A stretch of DNA of 64,000 nt, from sequence record NC_110934.1; one strand, written 5' to 3'. The notes beneath the pieces are model-generated. The model saw nothing but the letters and a program-made list of their open reading frames with translations, made no database searches and was not told the DNA's origin. The translations under genes were made by a program, and so were the position numbers. Every line of letters starts with the position of its first letter. Within the stretch, counting starts at the first letter, position 1. Shown here piece by piece: positions 1 to 9,819 of this stretch. The stretch comes from Klebsiella phage KPP2018.

Positions 1-879
1 AGAACCATCACCAGTCATGAAAGCTTCTTCGATAGAAACAGCGTGTGCTTCAATCAGACGCTTACGAAGCAGTGGCAGCAGGGAGAAGATTGCATCTTCT
101 TCAGTTTCATCAGTAATGAAGGACTTAGCAGCCAGTTTGTAAGTACTGAAGTGAATTTCTTTAAGAGCACCTTTAACTTCATCACCAGTAGTAGTGTCAG
201 TACCATAGGTAGAAGCAGCAACCCAAGTAGCTTTACCAGCATCCGGTTCAACTAACATAGTAAGAATCTTACTAGACATTGGCAGTTCTTCGAACAGTGC
301 ACCAACTACCAGTTCCTTCTGCAGGTCACGGATAATGCGCTGAGAGAAAATAGTTTCATAGCTTTCACTAGAAACTTCTACAGAGGAAGACTGATTCACT
401 GCTTTCAGGTGTCTCTGACCGTGCTCGGTCTCGAATACGCCTTTTTCCATTACATAAGATAACAGAACCAGTTTTTCAACTTCATCTTCAAAGTTTTCCT
501 GAGTACCATACAGTGCTTTAGCTACGCTATCACCGACGAAGGAACGTCCTTCACGAGCTGCCAGCAGAGATTTAATTTCATCCTGGAGACCAACAATAGT
601 TTCCTGCTGTTTTTCTACAGTCTGTGCAAACAGTTCTGCGCTCTTCTTGGATTTCTCGTCCAGAGACTTAACCAGAGTCAGAGCTTCTTCCAGTTTCTGA
701 CGATCTTCGCCAACTGCTTTAGAAACCAGGTCATTCATACGAGCCAGTTCTTTTTCTTCCTGCTCTTTGCGCATACGTTCAGCTTCAGCAGCTTTCTGAG
801 CAGCGGTCAGACCTTCCAGAGATTTAGCCAGATCACCCAGACCAAGTTCTTCTTTCAGCTTATTAATATCAATAGTCAT
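1..879 (-). CDS. Major capsid (head) protein precursor, partial; the C-terminal part continues beyond the window start
   Basis: Minus-strand ORF open to position 1. Start ATG at 879..877 preceded by GGAG. N-terminus MTIDINKLKEELGLGDLAKSLEG with a coiled-coil scaffold-like delta domain followed by an HK97-fold-like region. Lies downstream of the prohead protease as in T5. Not listed in the ORF track because it has no stop inside the window. Confidence 0.75.
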   Translation of the reverse strand, partial: MTIDINKLKEELGLGDLAKSLEGLTAAQKAAEAERMRKEQEEKELARMNDLVSKAVGEDRQKLEEALTLVKSLDEKSKKSAELFAQTVEKQQETIVGLQDEIKSLLAAREGRSFVGDSVAKALYGTQENFEDEVEKLVLLSYVMEKGVFETEHGQRHLKAVNQSSSVEVSSESYETIFSQRIIRDLQKELVVGALFEELPMSSKILTMLVEPDAGKATWVAASTYGTDTTTGDEVKGALKEIHFSTYKLAAKSFITDETEEDAIFSLLPLLRKRLIEAHAVSIEEAFMTGDGS

Positions 880-896
880 TTTTAAATAATTCTCCG

Positions 897-1529
897 TTAT
901 TCTTTAACGTAGCCTAAAGCTATCGCAAGTTTTTCTAGTTCAGAAAGATTACGTTCTTGAGCTGGGACAGCTTTAGAACTTATTGCAGTAAAAGATTTTC
1001 GCCATTCAGTATAATCATGACCATTCATACTCTTAGCGAGGTTGAATGTTGAGTCCTGATTACAAGGTACAGAAACTACCGAAACTTCGTATAGTTCTAA
1101 ATCTTTAATAATAAATATATCAGTAGCTTCATCCCACTCTGCATCTAGGCAGCGGAATCCGATACTAAAAGTTTTCAGTACACCGTTTTTAATTAGTGAA
1201 AAGATAGCCGGATCAGAACTTTCATAGATCTCGCATTCGATTTCGAGACCCATTTCAGTAGGGTTAAGATCAATACACTTGCCGATTGGACGACGATGGT
1301 CATGTCCGAAAAGAATAATCGGGTTTTTCATGTAGTTAGCAAGTGCATTAGATGTTTTCCATGCCGAAGCAGGAATTACATCACCAGCACGATCTTTACT
1401 AATTGTATTAGCGAATCCACGGATTTTTACAACACCCTCTTTGGATTCGCTATCCATAGATTTAATATAAGCATCTAAATGAACCGGTGCTGATTTTAAC
1501 TTGTTATAGTCAATAGCAGCTTGTGTCAT
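897..1529 (-). CDS. Prohead maturation protease (T5 pb11-like, 210 aa)
   Basis: Its size and its position between the decoration-like gene and the capsid gene match T5. Confidence 0.7.
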   Translation of the reverse strand: MTQAAIDYNKLKSAPVHLDAYIKSMDSESKEGVVKIRGFANTISKDRAGDVIPASAWKTSNALANYMKNPIILFGHDHRRPIGKCIDLNPTEMGLEIECEIYESSDPAIFSLIKNGVLKTFSIGFRCLDAEWDEATDIFIIKDLELYEVSVVSVPCNQDSTFNLAKSMNGHDYTEWRKSFTAISSKAVPAQERNLSELEKLAIALGYVKE

Positions 1530-1532
1530 TTA

Positions 1533-2024
1533 TTAGCCTCCAACACCGGGATTAACCGTTACTGTGCATGCAGTAGAATCCTTACTAACTTTCTTGCTAT
1601 CTGTTACCGTTACTTTATAGACTCCAGAATCCTCAGTAGCTGCTGCTGGCTTAGTATAGGTAGCTCCTGAAGCCTCTGGAATAGGAGAACCATCTTTAGT
1701 CCATGCATAAGTATATGGACCAGTACCACCGGTTGCAGTAACAGAAAGTGTTAACGTTGCTCCCTCTTCAACGGACATGCTAGCAGCTAAATCTGTAGAA
1801 AGAGTTAAGGGCGGAGCAGGCGGAGCAGGAGGAACTGCTTTACCATATGCCTCTACAAATTTCTTCCATACTTTACGGTTAGTATGCGCAGATGAAAGTC
1901 CTAGTTCTCTACGCAGAAAAGCATAGCTAGGAACATATTTATGCGCAGCAACCGTAGCAAAGAAGATATGAGATTCTGGCAGTTTTTCACCAAAAATGGT
2001 CTTTAGACCACTATAATCAATCAT
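1533..2024 (-). CDS. Capsid decoration protein-like with Ig-like domain (163 aa)
   Basis: Pro/Ala linker PPAPPAPP followed by a Thr/Gly-rich Ig-like segment (TLTLSVTATGGTGPYTYAW). Size and position resemble T5 pb10. Confidence 0.55.
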   Translation of the reverse strand: MIDYSGLKTIFGEKLPESHIFFATVAAHKYVPSYAFLRRELGLSSAHTNRKVWKKFVEAYGKAVPPAPPAPPLTLSTDLAASMSVEEGATLTLSVTATGGTGPYTYAWTKDGSPIPEASGATYTKPAAATEDSGVYKVTVTDSKKVSKDSTACTVTVNPGVGG

Positions 2025-3238
2025 TCTTTATCTCCCTCGGTGGAACCTTGAGGTCTACCACCTTCTTGACCAGATACGCCTGTTGCAGAACCAGCAACGT
2101 TGGCAGGAATACGAATCTTATTCATCTGCTCATCATCTAAAGGTTCAAGGTTCAGCTCTAAACGAGCTTCGTTACCAGTTATAATACCATTATTAACCAA
2201 TGAGGTTAAATGTTTAGCCTCAGATTCTTTATCTGGTGTTAATGCAGCTACTTCCTTAGTATTAGGAGTAATCTTATAACCAAAAAAGAAAGTAAGAGAA
2301 CTAGTCAGTTTGTTCAGCATAGGAATGATAGTCATATAATAGAACAATTCGATGTTTGGTCGAATATTCGCATTATTACCACCATCAAGTAACACTTGCG
2401 GAACTCCAAAGGCTAGACAGATAGATTTATTAAATCCTTCGATGTCTTCCTTAAAGTCTAGATCTTTAAAAGAGGATATTTGGGAGTACGGTTTAGCTTT
2501 CATACCACCATCTAGAATCAGGACAGAGGACTGACCTGTACTAGGATTATAATCTAGTTGTAATTCTTCTTGTTTACGCTCACGCAATTTCTTGTTCAGG
2601 ATTTCATCCGTCTCAAGAATAAGACCAATCACGGTTCCGTTATCAAGGAATTTCTCTTTAAAGTTAAGCATCTTAGAACGCTTCTCAAGAGAATCAATAA
2701 CAGTAGCAACACGAGATTGTCCAGAAATTTGAGAATTTGTGCCACACACGTAACTGTTATCCTTTATAAAGATAATCTCATCTACGCGATAGTCTATCTG
2801 GTTATTAAATATAAATTTTTTGATAAACTTATTGGCATCTGCCTCTACTTGCATTAGTGCAGCAGGGACATGATAAAGTGCTGTGCCATCCCAATAGATG
2901 TATGCACAACCTTCAAAAAGTAGGTCAGTGACTACAAGTCTACGGAATGTGCTTATATCCATGAATGGATTAGGTCGTACATTTAAGAGAGTGTCTAGAG
3001 TCTTTGCCTTGATGCCATTGGCATACGTGACAATATTATATTTATCTCCGACAGTATAAGAACACTCCGCCGCACTATCTATAACCATATTAGCAGTTCT
3101 ATTGAGAATCTCAATTTTACTGTAGGCTTGTCCAGTGGTAAAAGGCTTACGGTTAGTGCGATGACTAACTGGTTCCATGTCTCTTATAATACGTTGACCC
3201 GGATTTAGCTTTTCAGTAATCCAGCTTTTAAAACCCAT
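2021..3238 (-). CDS. Portal protein (405 aa)
   Basis: Size and synteny (TerL, HNH, portal, protease, capsid) with an acidic C-terminus. T5 portal pb7 is about 403 aa. Confidence 0.8.
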   Translation of the reverse strand: MGFKSWITEKLNPGQRIIRDMEPVSHRTNRKPFTTGQAYSKIEILNRTANMVIDSAAECSYTVGDKYNIVTYANGIKAKTLDTLLNVRPNPFMDISTFRRLVVTDLLFEGCAYIYWDGTALYHVPAALMQVEADANKFIKKFIFNNQIDYRVDEIIFIKDNSYVCGTNSQISGQSRVATVIDSLEKRSKMLNFKEKFLDNGTVIGLILETDEILNKKLRERKQEELQLDYNPSTGQSSVLILDGGMKAKPYSQISSFKDLDFKEDIEGFNKSICLAFGVPQVLLDGGNNANIRPNIELFYYMTIIPMLNKLTSSLTFFFGYKITPNTKEVAALTPDKESEAKHLTSLVNNGIITGNEARLELNLEPLDDEQMNKIRIPANVAGSATGVSGQEGGRPQGSTEGDKE

Positions 3239-3762
3239 TATAAGAACCTTGCGAATCCTGATTTTGTTTCAGTCTTGACTTGTGTCTTTTCTTGAGGATT
3301 CTGTAATTTGTCTTTCTGCTTTTGAACCCACACTTTTTGCTTATTAGCAGAAAATAAAGGAGGTTCTTTTGTGTAAACCTTATGTAATAATTGGTGATGG
3401 TGTACACAAAGGGTAACAGTGTCTTCTACTAGCTCATGCCTATATCGATCATAGAATGCCGTCCTATTTGAAAGGACTATTTCTTCGTTAGTGAAATCCA
3501 ATTGGAGTTCTTTAGCAAATTTTTTAACTAGTAGAGACACCGTATGGTAATGATGAAGCTCTAATTCTTCAGCACAACCGCAGATAGCACATTGAGAGTC
3601 TTTTTTATATTGACTTTTTATTCCGTCTCTCATAAGGGATATAGCATCGCGTTTATATTTTATATTGCTTGCCATAGTGTTCTCCTCAACTGTATGAATA
3701 TAGTATACATAATCGTATCGAATTTGTAAAGGGGATTTTAAAATGCAGGAATGGGATACCAA
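3238..3762 (-). CDS. HNH homing endonuclease (174 aa)
   Basis: Cys and His motifs CAICGC...HHYH and CVHHHQLLH. Inserted between the terminase and portal genes. Confidence 0.65.
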   Translation of the reverse strand: MVSHSCILKSPLQIRYDYVYYIHTVEENTMASNIKYKRDAISLMRDGIKSQYKKDSQCAICGCAEELELHHYHTVSLLVKKFAKELQLDFTNEEIVLSNRTAFYDRYRHELVEDTVTLCVHHHQLLHKVYTKEPPLFSANKQKVWVQKQKDKLQNPQEKTQVKTETKSGFARFL

Positions 3763-3789
3763 CTGAGTAGTATCCCATCCTATACTTAT

Positions 3790-5106
3790 TTATTTACCAC
3801 GGGAAATAGAGTAAATTCCATAGCGCAGAGCATCACAAAGGTGAGAGTTAGCATCATGACGTGGTTTTTCACGTGATAATTTCTCTTCGCCTTCTTGGAA
3901 ATCCCACTTATAGTTCTGCAATGCATGAATTAATGAGGAACATGAAGCGTCTACAATAATCTTGCCCTGCTGGAATAGTGCTTGTAAGCATGCTAGACCG
4001 TCTAGGACAGACTTTTTAGCTGGAGCTGATGCAATTTCATGTTCATAAGCTAAGTCCTGGCGGAACTGAGCTGCGGCAGAGTCAACAAAAACACGATCAA
4101 CTTTATAACGATCTATACAGTGCTGAATATACGCAGCATGCTGAGCTGTGGTTTTCTCTGCCTGTTGGTACTCTTCTAATACATAGTAAGTATCCGTATC
4201 GTAATGATATTTAATAGTAAGAACTGCTGTAGGATCACGATAGCCAACGTCAATACCAAGCAACGTTTCGAATGCTTCATCATCTTTAAAGAAGTGACGC
4301 ATACCTTTAAGGTCTTTAACATGATCAATAGCATTAAAGGTATCGAAGATCTGACCTTCGAATACAGAGAAGTCAGCCTCGTATTCCTGACGGAAGTAGT
4401 TTTTACTAACTGTACGACGTGCTTCTTCGATGTCATTCAGATCAGCACGTGGATTATCACGATATGTACCATGAATAGATACCCAGTTAGGTAATGTATC
4501 ATCAAATCCATAGGCATAAAACTCTTTAAACCAGTTACCACCACGAGGAGTAGAGATAAATAGAGCCTTAGAATTAGGCTTATCTAGAGTAGGGCGCAGC
4601 TGAACCCTAAAGGCATCACCACCTACATCAGAAATTGCAGCCTCATCAAAGATGATAAAATCATATGAACGTCCAACTGCTGAGTCAGCCTGAGCAGCGG
4701 AAGCTAGTTTAAACAGTGAGCCGTTTGCCAGCTCAATTTCTTTATCTTTAGCATTCTCACGTTCGGTTTGTAGACCGTACTTTTTAATAAGACCACGAAT
4801 CTGAGACCATCCGATGTTGGCCAGTGAGTAGTTAGGAGCAACTACTAGCACCTTCACATTAGGTTCCAATAACTTTAGGAACCCAAGTGTGTATGCGATG
4901 AAGGATTTACCTACACGGCGTGATACACACGCCGTTACAAAACGATGTCTAGGGTCCTCTAAAGCATTAATAATTGCTATTTGAGGACCATTAGGTGTAA
5001 TACCTTCTTGTGCTAGTATTCCTGAAACAGGTAGACGAAAGAAACGTTTATCTATCCCGAAATCAATAACATCTACTGTATTAACGTAGGGTCTTGATAC
5101 TTCCAT
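3790..5106 (-). CDS. Terminase large subunit (438 aa)
   Basis: Walker A-like motif VTACVSRRVGKS, a DE acidic motif, and a C-terminal nuclease-type region. Its size matches T5 TerL. Confidence 0.85.
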   Translation of the reverse strand: MEVSRPYVNTVDVIDFGIDKRFFRLPVSGILAQEGITPNGPQIAIINALEDPRHRFVTACVSRRVGKSFIAYTLGFLKLLEPNVKVLVVAPNYSLANIGWSQIRGLIKKYGLQTERENAKDKEIELANGSLFKLASAAQADSAVGRSYDFIIFDEAAISDVGGDAFRVQLRPTLDKPNSKALFISTPRGGNWFKEFYAYGFDDTLPNWVSIHGTYRDNPRADLNDIEEARRTVSKNYFRQEYEADFSVFEGQIFDTFNAIDHVKDLKGMRHFFKDDEAFETLLGIDVGYRDPTAVLTIKYHYDTDTYYVLEEYQQAEKTTAQHAAYIQHCIDRYKVDRVFVDSAAAQFRQDLAYEHEIASAPAKKSVLDGLACLQALFQQGKIIVDASCSSLIHALQNYKWDFQEGEEKLSREKPRHDANSHLCDALRYGIYSISRGK

Positions 5107-5588
5107 TACTTCTTACCTCCAGTAGCTAGGGAAGTAATTAAGTCCATGTAGTTTTGATCCCCGGCTCCAGCAATAATATTATTCTGGATGTTGGTCTGGT
5201 TAGCGGGAGTACGGGCTGCTGCCTTCACTTTCTCCAATTCTACCATCATTTTCATTTCTTCCATCTTCATCTTGTGTGCCTTCCAGAGAATATCCATAAT
5301 ATCCTGGTCAGAACCCATGCCAGTTTCTTCCAATTCCTCTAGTTTACGTTTAATAACTTCATCTAGAACACCAAACAAACGATCTCTGTTACGGAAACCA
5401 CTTTCCATAAAAATATCATTTAAGTAGTTCTTAACTTCACTACGATTCATAATATCTCGGAAAGCAATTTCTGACATCCCAAGACTACGTGCGGCAGAAG
5501 GCACATCACTGCCACACTGTAAATAAGCTTCAATCACATCCATCCCTTCAGGGGACATAAGATCTGGTACTAATACATCATTTGCCAT
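5106..5588 (-). CDS. Putative terminase small subunit (160 aa)
   Basis: Sits immediately upstream of TerL and is translationally coupled to it. Has an HTH-like N-terminus and a coiled coil. Confidence 0.5.
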
Positions 5589-5598
5589 ATTTCCTCCT

Positions 5599-7386
5599 TT
5601 AGGTAAGGCGTTGAACTGTTACTCTTAATCTCGGTAGGAAAATAGCTGCAGCCTCATCAGCGTGAATAATTACGCCCAATTCAGCATTACCATTTCCTAG
5701 ATTTTTAATAGTATAAATATATCCGTTTCTTCTAAATGTTAACTCATCAGGTCTACTTGCCCAAGTTTGAGTATAGCTGTACGCAGTAGTGGAGTGATAA
5801 GGGACTAAGTATCCAGGAGGTAAGGTTAATATTTGATGGAATATTCCATCACCTTCCGTGTAACTATGCTGTCTTCTTCCTTGTACTTGCCAAGCAACAC
5901 CACCGTATGTGCGAATGGCTCCTCCAGCCGTATTGATATTACCCATAATAACTTCAGTAGTTAATATTACTGTTGCGTTAGCATTAGGCAATCCTAATCC
6001 TATGGTGGCCAAAGCTCTATAGTAGTTACCTGCTCCAGGATATGTTGGAGTTATATCATCGCCAACATAAGTGCTAGCAACATTATTAGGAAATAGTCTT
6101 AAGGGTACAGTACTAGGACTCCACACAGCTCCATGCTCATTACCTATAGTGTTATTACTTGAGTTTACGTACCATTGCTTACCAGCTCCGAATTTGTAAA
6201 TACTAATTTGAGACTTAGCCCCTCCATAGTCTACTGGAGACCATAAAGATCCATTACTAGATCCTACAAGTTCACATCTTGCAGTGGTATCTCCAAAGGC
6301 TCCAGTGTACGCTGCGTTATTTCCGACGTATTCCATATCTGGCCTATAGCCTAAGTTACCAAAAGCATTTTGGTTGATAAACTTATATCCAGTATTTGGT
6401 AAACTAACCCCTTTTATAGTAAAATTAGATGGAGTTATAAGTATATCTGACCCAGTAAATGGATTACCAGATACGCCCATATTACCATTAGAGTACCTTA
6501 GATTAAGTACATACCAAATAACTTTGGTAGGTGTAATATTATAACCATCCTGCACATACACTTTCTTAGCAGCCTGTGCCGCTAGATTAGATGTTGAACC
6601 TTTGCATATATAAACCTTATCAGGGTAAGTAGGAGATTGATACAATAAGTTAACATTAGCCGGTACTGTGCCCTTTTTACCTACATAACCTCGTATATTA
6701 GAGTTACAAACGTAGAACCAATTATGTCCTCTATAGGCGGCTCCTATAGGAGCTTGCCAATTAGGGTGCCAGTAGTCAGCATTACCACCATCTATAGGTA
6801 CTGTAGACGCTCCTGCTGGAAATCCTGCTAGAGTCCATGCCCTGCCTATAGCCTCACCAGCATATGCTCCTCCCGGCCTATATAAATTAAACCCAGAGGC
6901 TTGAGATATGGTACCACCTGTACCCTGCCTAGCAATTGATTCTTCATGGCCTAAACCAGAGTTATAAATATAGGTGCCATGTGCTAAACTATTACCTGAT
7001 GCAAAAGCTGACGTAAGACCTACTTCTGCACCAGCCCTACCAATAGGTGGATCCTCAAAAAATGCAGTGAATTGACCAACCTGAGATTGAGTACCATTAA
7101 GAAAGGCTCTATGAGTACCATTAATCTCAATAGCAGTTAGTATAACTCTACCTGGGTCATTGGATTTAATATTTATTATGTCAGAGGGCATCTGACATAC
7201 AAAAAACCCATTTCCGGCATTGCCTAACCCAGCCTCGTAAGTACCATCAACTAGGACAAACGGCATATCACTATGAAAAATACTATTAGCATTTGGACTA
7301 TAGTGACGATTAATGTCACCACCAGATTCAGTATTTAAAGATAGTACGGTCTTACCATCGCTATATTTTCCAGCGAAAAAACCCAT
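5599..7386 (-). CDS. Receptor-binding tail protein (pb5/Oad-like, 595 aa)
   Basis: Gly, Asn and Tyr-rich beta protein, divergently adjacent to an llp-like lipoprotein gene exactly as oad/llp are in T5. Confidence 0.55.
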
Positions 7387-7471
7387 ATAATCTCCTATTA
7401 TAAAAATGTATTTGCTTTCATCCCTCTATTTTGCTATAATAGATTCATAAATTAGAAATGGAGAGATAAAT

Positions 7472-7738
7472 ATGAAAAAGTTTGTGATTGCACTAGTTAC
7501 CGCAGTTATGTTATCTGGTTGTGCACCTGCTCCCAAACCATTTTGTACTGGATTTGTAAAATCTTTTGGTGGTGCGGGAGAAGAACATTACGGTCTCAAG
7601 ATTCAAAAAGTTCGTATTAAGGGAGATCGCTTCCCAGTAGTACAGCTCCGTACTAAGTTTGGGTGGTGGGATCTCAGTCAGTTTGACCTTAAATATGGTG
7701 ATTGTAAATTTAAACTAGAGCAATCTAACTACCTGTAA
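7472..7738 (+). CDS. llp: Llp-like lipoprotein (receptor-blocking superinfection exclusion), 88 aa
   Basis: Signal peptide with lipobox MKKFVIALVTAVMLSGC. It is divergent from the receptor-binding protein gene as in T5, and its -35/-10 region lies in 7387-7471. Confidence 0.6.
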   Translation: MKKFVIALVTAVMLSGCAPAPKPFCTGFVKSFGGAGEEHYGLKIQKVRIKGDRFPVVQLRTKFGWWDLSQFDLKYGDCKFKLEQSNYL

Positions 7739-7914
7739 TTAGTATAAAGCAAAAAGACATCCAAGTAAACTAAATTTTTTATTTTTTGGATGGTATATTG
7801 GCAGAAACCACTATGTAAGAAAAGTAGAAGTCCTCTAGGAGGTCACAAGCATGGTTGGTTATGCACAAACTATAAAATATTTTAAAATATCATATTTATT
7901 GGAGCATGAAAGAT

Positions 7915-8043
7915 ATGTCAAATAAAAGAAAGAACAGACGAGGAGAAGTGTACGAAGCGTGGATTAATATTTACGGATTTGGTTTTGTATTATTCCTAAT
8001 CTTCGTAGGCTTTTGGTTAGCAGCTATGGCGGGGTGGATTTAA
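7915..8043 (+). CDS. Small membrane protein (42 aa)
   Basis: RBS GGAG, one transmembrane helix, and a TAATG overlap with the next ORF. Confidence 0.4.
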   Translation: MSNKRKNRRGEVYEAWINIYGFGFVLFLIFVGFWLAAMAGWI

Positions 8044-8150
8044 TGGGAGTAATAATAATTATTGTTTTATTAGTTGTGGTAATTCTAGGGCAGTGTGTCT
8101 TGGATAACCACTTAGCTCGTATTGAACGTAAGCTACGGGAATATAAATAA
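8043..8150 (+). CDS. Small membrane protein (35 aa)
   Basis: Translationally coupled chain (TAATG at both ends) with a single transmembrane helix. Confidence 0.35.
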   Translation: MGVIIIIVLLVVVILGQCVLDNHLARIERKLREYK

Positions 8151-8395
8151 TGTTTAGTATTGTAATTGCTTTTATTATCGGGATACTCGCGGGAGTTTTC
8201 GGGACAACTGCGGCAATCAATAAGCATCGGGAATATATTGCGGGAGTGACGCGGGAGATTGCGGAAAGGGAGAGGAAGTTTGACGAGAAACGTGCGGAGT
8301 TTGAGCGGGAGTGGTCGGATGGATCTCGGGCGTCGCGGAAGAGATTCCGTGAGTTTAGACCAGAACACAGGTTTGATGACCCTTCTATGCGCTAA
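8150..8395 (+). CDS. Membrane-anchored protein with a charged tail (81 aa)
   Basis: N-terminal transmembrane helix then an Arg/Glu-rich helix. The antisense ORF 8024..8410 is an R/P-rich artefact. Confidence 0.45.
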   Translation: MFSIVIAFIIGILAGVFGTTAAINKHREYIAGVTREIAERERKFDEKRAEFEREWSDGSRASRKRFREFRPEHRFDDPSMR

Positions 8396-8546
8396 TTTGA
8401 CTTTTGCCAAATTTCATAAGATTACACATGGAGGTGTGTCCAGTGGCCCCCCAGATGAGAATGAGTCTCATTACCGCCCGGTACTTAGCAAGCTAATAGT
8501 CACGGCATGTTATCATTGCACACCGTGACTATTTCAATTTTAATTA

Positions 8547-9323
8547 TTACGCAACTTTTAATTTCTCGATATATTGTTGCGGGCTGCAACTATATTCCGC
8601 GCGTTCTTCCTCGGTCATACTTTCCCAACATAATTTCAAACGATCAACTAGGAACTGATAATCATTATCATCATCGAGAGATTCATCAATAAAGGTTTCA
8701 CCTATCAATGCCACGCCGATTGATAGAATATCGTTAATAGCTTGCGCGTCCAGCGTTTTAAATCCGTATGATGCCGCCGCTGATAGCACGCCTTTATGAT
8801 CATCAATCATTGTGAAATCAGCGTTCGGATATAGCTGTTTAAATAATTCAAAATAATAACTTTTATATACTGCGTCCTTACTGTGGTATATTTCGCTAAC
8901 TTTATCAGCTTCAAAATATTTATGCAGCGTGTCACGGGAAAACACGCGGATATTACTATCCCCACGCCCTCGTAAGCCTTGTTTGCGCAAATAATAATAA
9001 TCCGACTTGCTCATTAGTCGAGCGGTACAAATAATGTTTAAAGTATTTGCATCATTCATACATTGGCGCATATATTCAACTAATGGTAATAAAGTATCTT
9101 GCATAATTAAATCATGCTTACACGCTTCATTTTTATATTTATTTAAATTTAAATTCCCGTCGCTATCAAAGCAAGGTGCTACACGATGGAACGAATTAAC
9201 GATAGTGCCATCCAGATCCCAAATCATGACGCGGGAAATATGCGGGAAATTACGGGTAATATTCGTTTTAACTTGATTCATTTTGTTACGTTCTCCATTA
9301 AAGGGATTTAGTTTATCCAGCAT
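8547..9323 (-). CDS. dmp: 5'-deoxyribonucleotidase (T5 Dmp-like, HAD superfamily), 258 aa
   Basis: HAD motif I in MIWDLDGTIVNS. Its size and pre-early context with an A1-like gene match T5. Confidence 0.7.
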   Translation of the reverse strand: MLDKLNPFNGERNKMNQVKTNITRNFPHISRVMIWDLDGTIVNSFHRVAPCFDSDGNLNLNKYKNEACKHDLIMQDTLLPLVEYMRQCMNDANTLNIICTARLMSKSDYYYLRKQGLRGRGDSNIRVFSRDTLHKYFEADKVSEIYHSKDAVYKSYYFELFKQLYPNADFTMIDDHKGVLSAAASYGFKTLDAQAINDILSIGVALIGETFIDESLDDDNDYQFLVDRLKLCWESMTEEERAEYSCSPQQYIEKLKVA

Positions 9324-9361
9324 TACCCGCTATTTATAAGCGGGTAATAATAAATCAACTA

Positions 9362-9754
9362 TTAAAGACCATAAGCCAACGCATCAGCGATGAAGCTAAT
9401 ATCTTCGCCGGATACATGAGAATGAACACCCGCGCAGATATATACCTTTGCGCTCGATAGCTGATCATCAAAGCAAGCTGGACAAGGCGCGACAACTGCA
9501 AAGGCTAGACCGGATTTTACGGCGTCGATGATAATCGTTTCCTGCTTCACCGTATCAACATAAACGCCTGCGGCCTTGATGTGACTACTTGCGCGGCCTT
9601 GCGTATAGGCGAAAGTAGTGATCTGTAGCGCCTCGTTAAACTCGATTAAATCATCAACAACGTGACCGGCCTCGACGTGGTAGCGTTCGCCATTAGAATA
9701 AACTAGAACAATGGAAGATTGAGCGCGATCGAATGGGATATTTTGCTTTTTCAT
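9362..9754 (-). CDS. Pre-early protein (A2-like by position only), 130 aa
   Basis: Lies between dmp and the A1-like gene and is flanked by GC-clamp hairpins. No motif recognised. Confidence 0.35.
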   Translation of the reverse strand: MKKQNIPFDRAQSSIVLVYSNGERYHVEAGHVVDDLIEFNEALQITTFAYTQGRASSHIKAAGVYVDTVKQETIIIDAVKSGLAFAVVAPCPACFDDQLSSAKVYICAGVHSHVSGEDISFIADALAYGL

Positions 9755-9819
9755 GTTTATAACTCCAATTAATTTAATAAGGGGTATAAGCGGGGTATAT
9801 ACCCCGCTTATAAATTTAA

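Noticed and set aside
4029-4494. Plus-strand ORFs (61, 86 and 96 aa) inside the terminase large subunit gene
   Set aside because: Antisense to a well-supported long gene, with no RBS and low-complexity translation.
8024-8410. Minus-strand 128-aa Arg/Pro-rich ORF
   Set aside because: It is the antisense shadow of the plus-strand Glu/Arg-rich 81-aa gene. The plus-strand chain has coupled starts and transmembrane helices. The minus ORF has no RBS.
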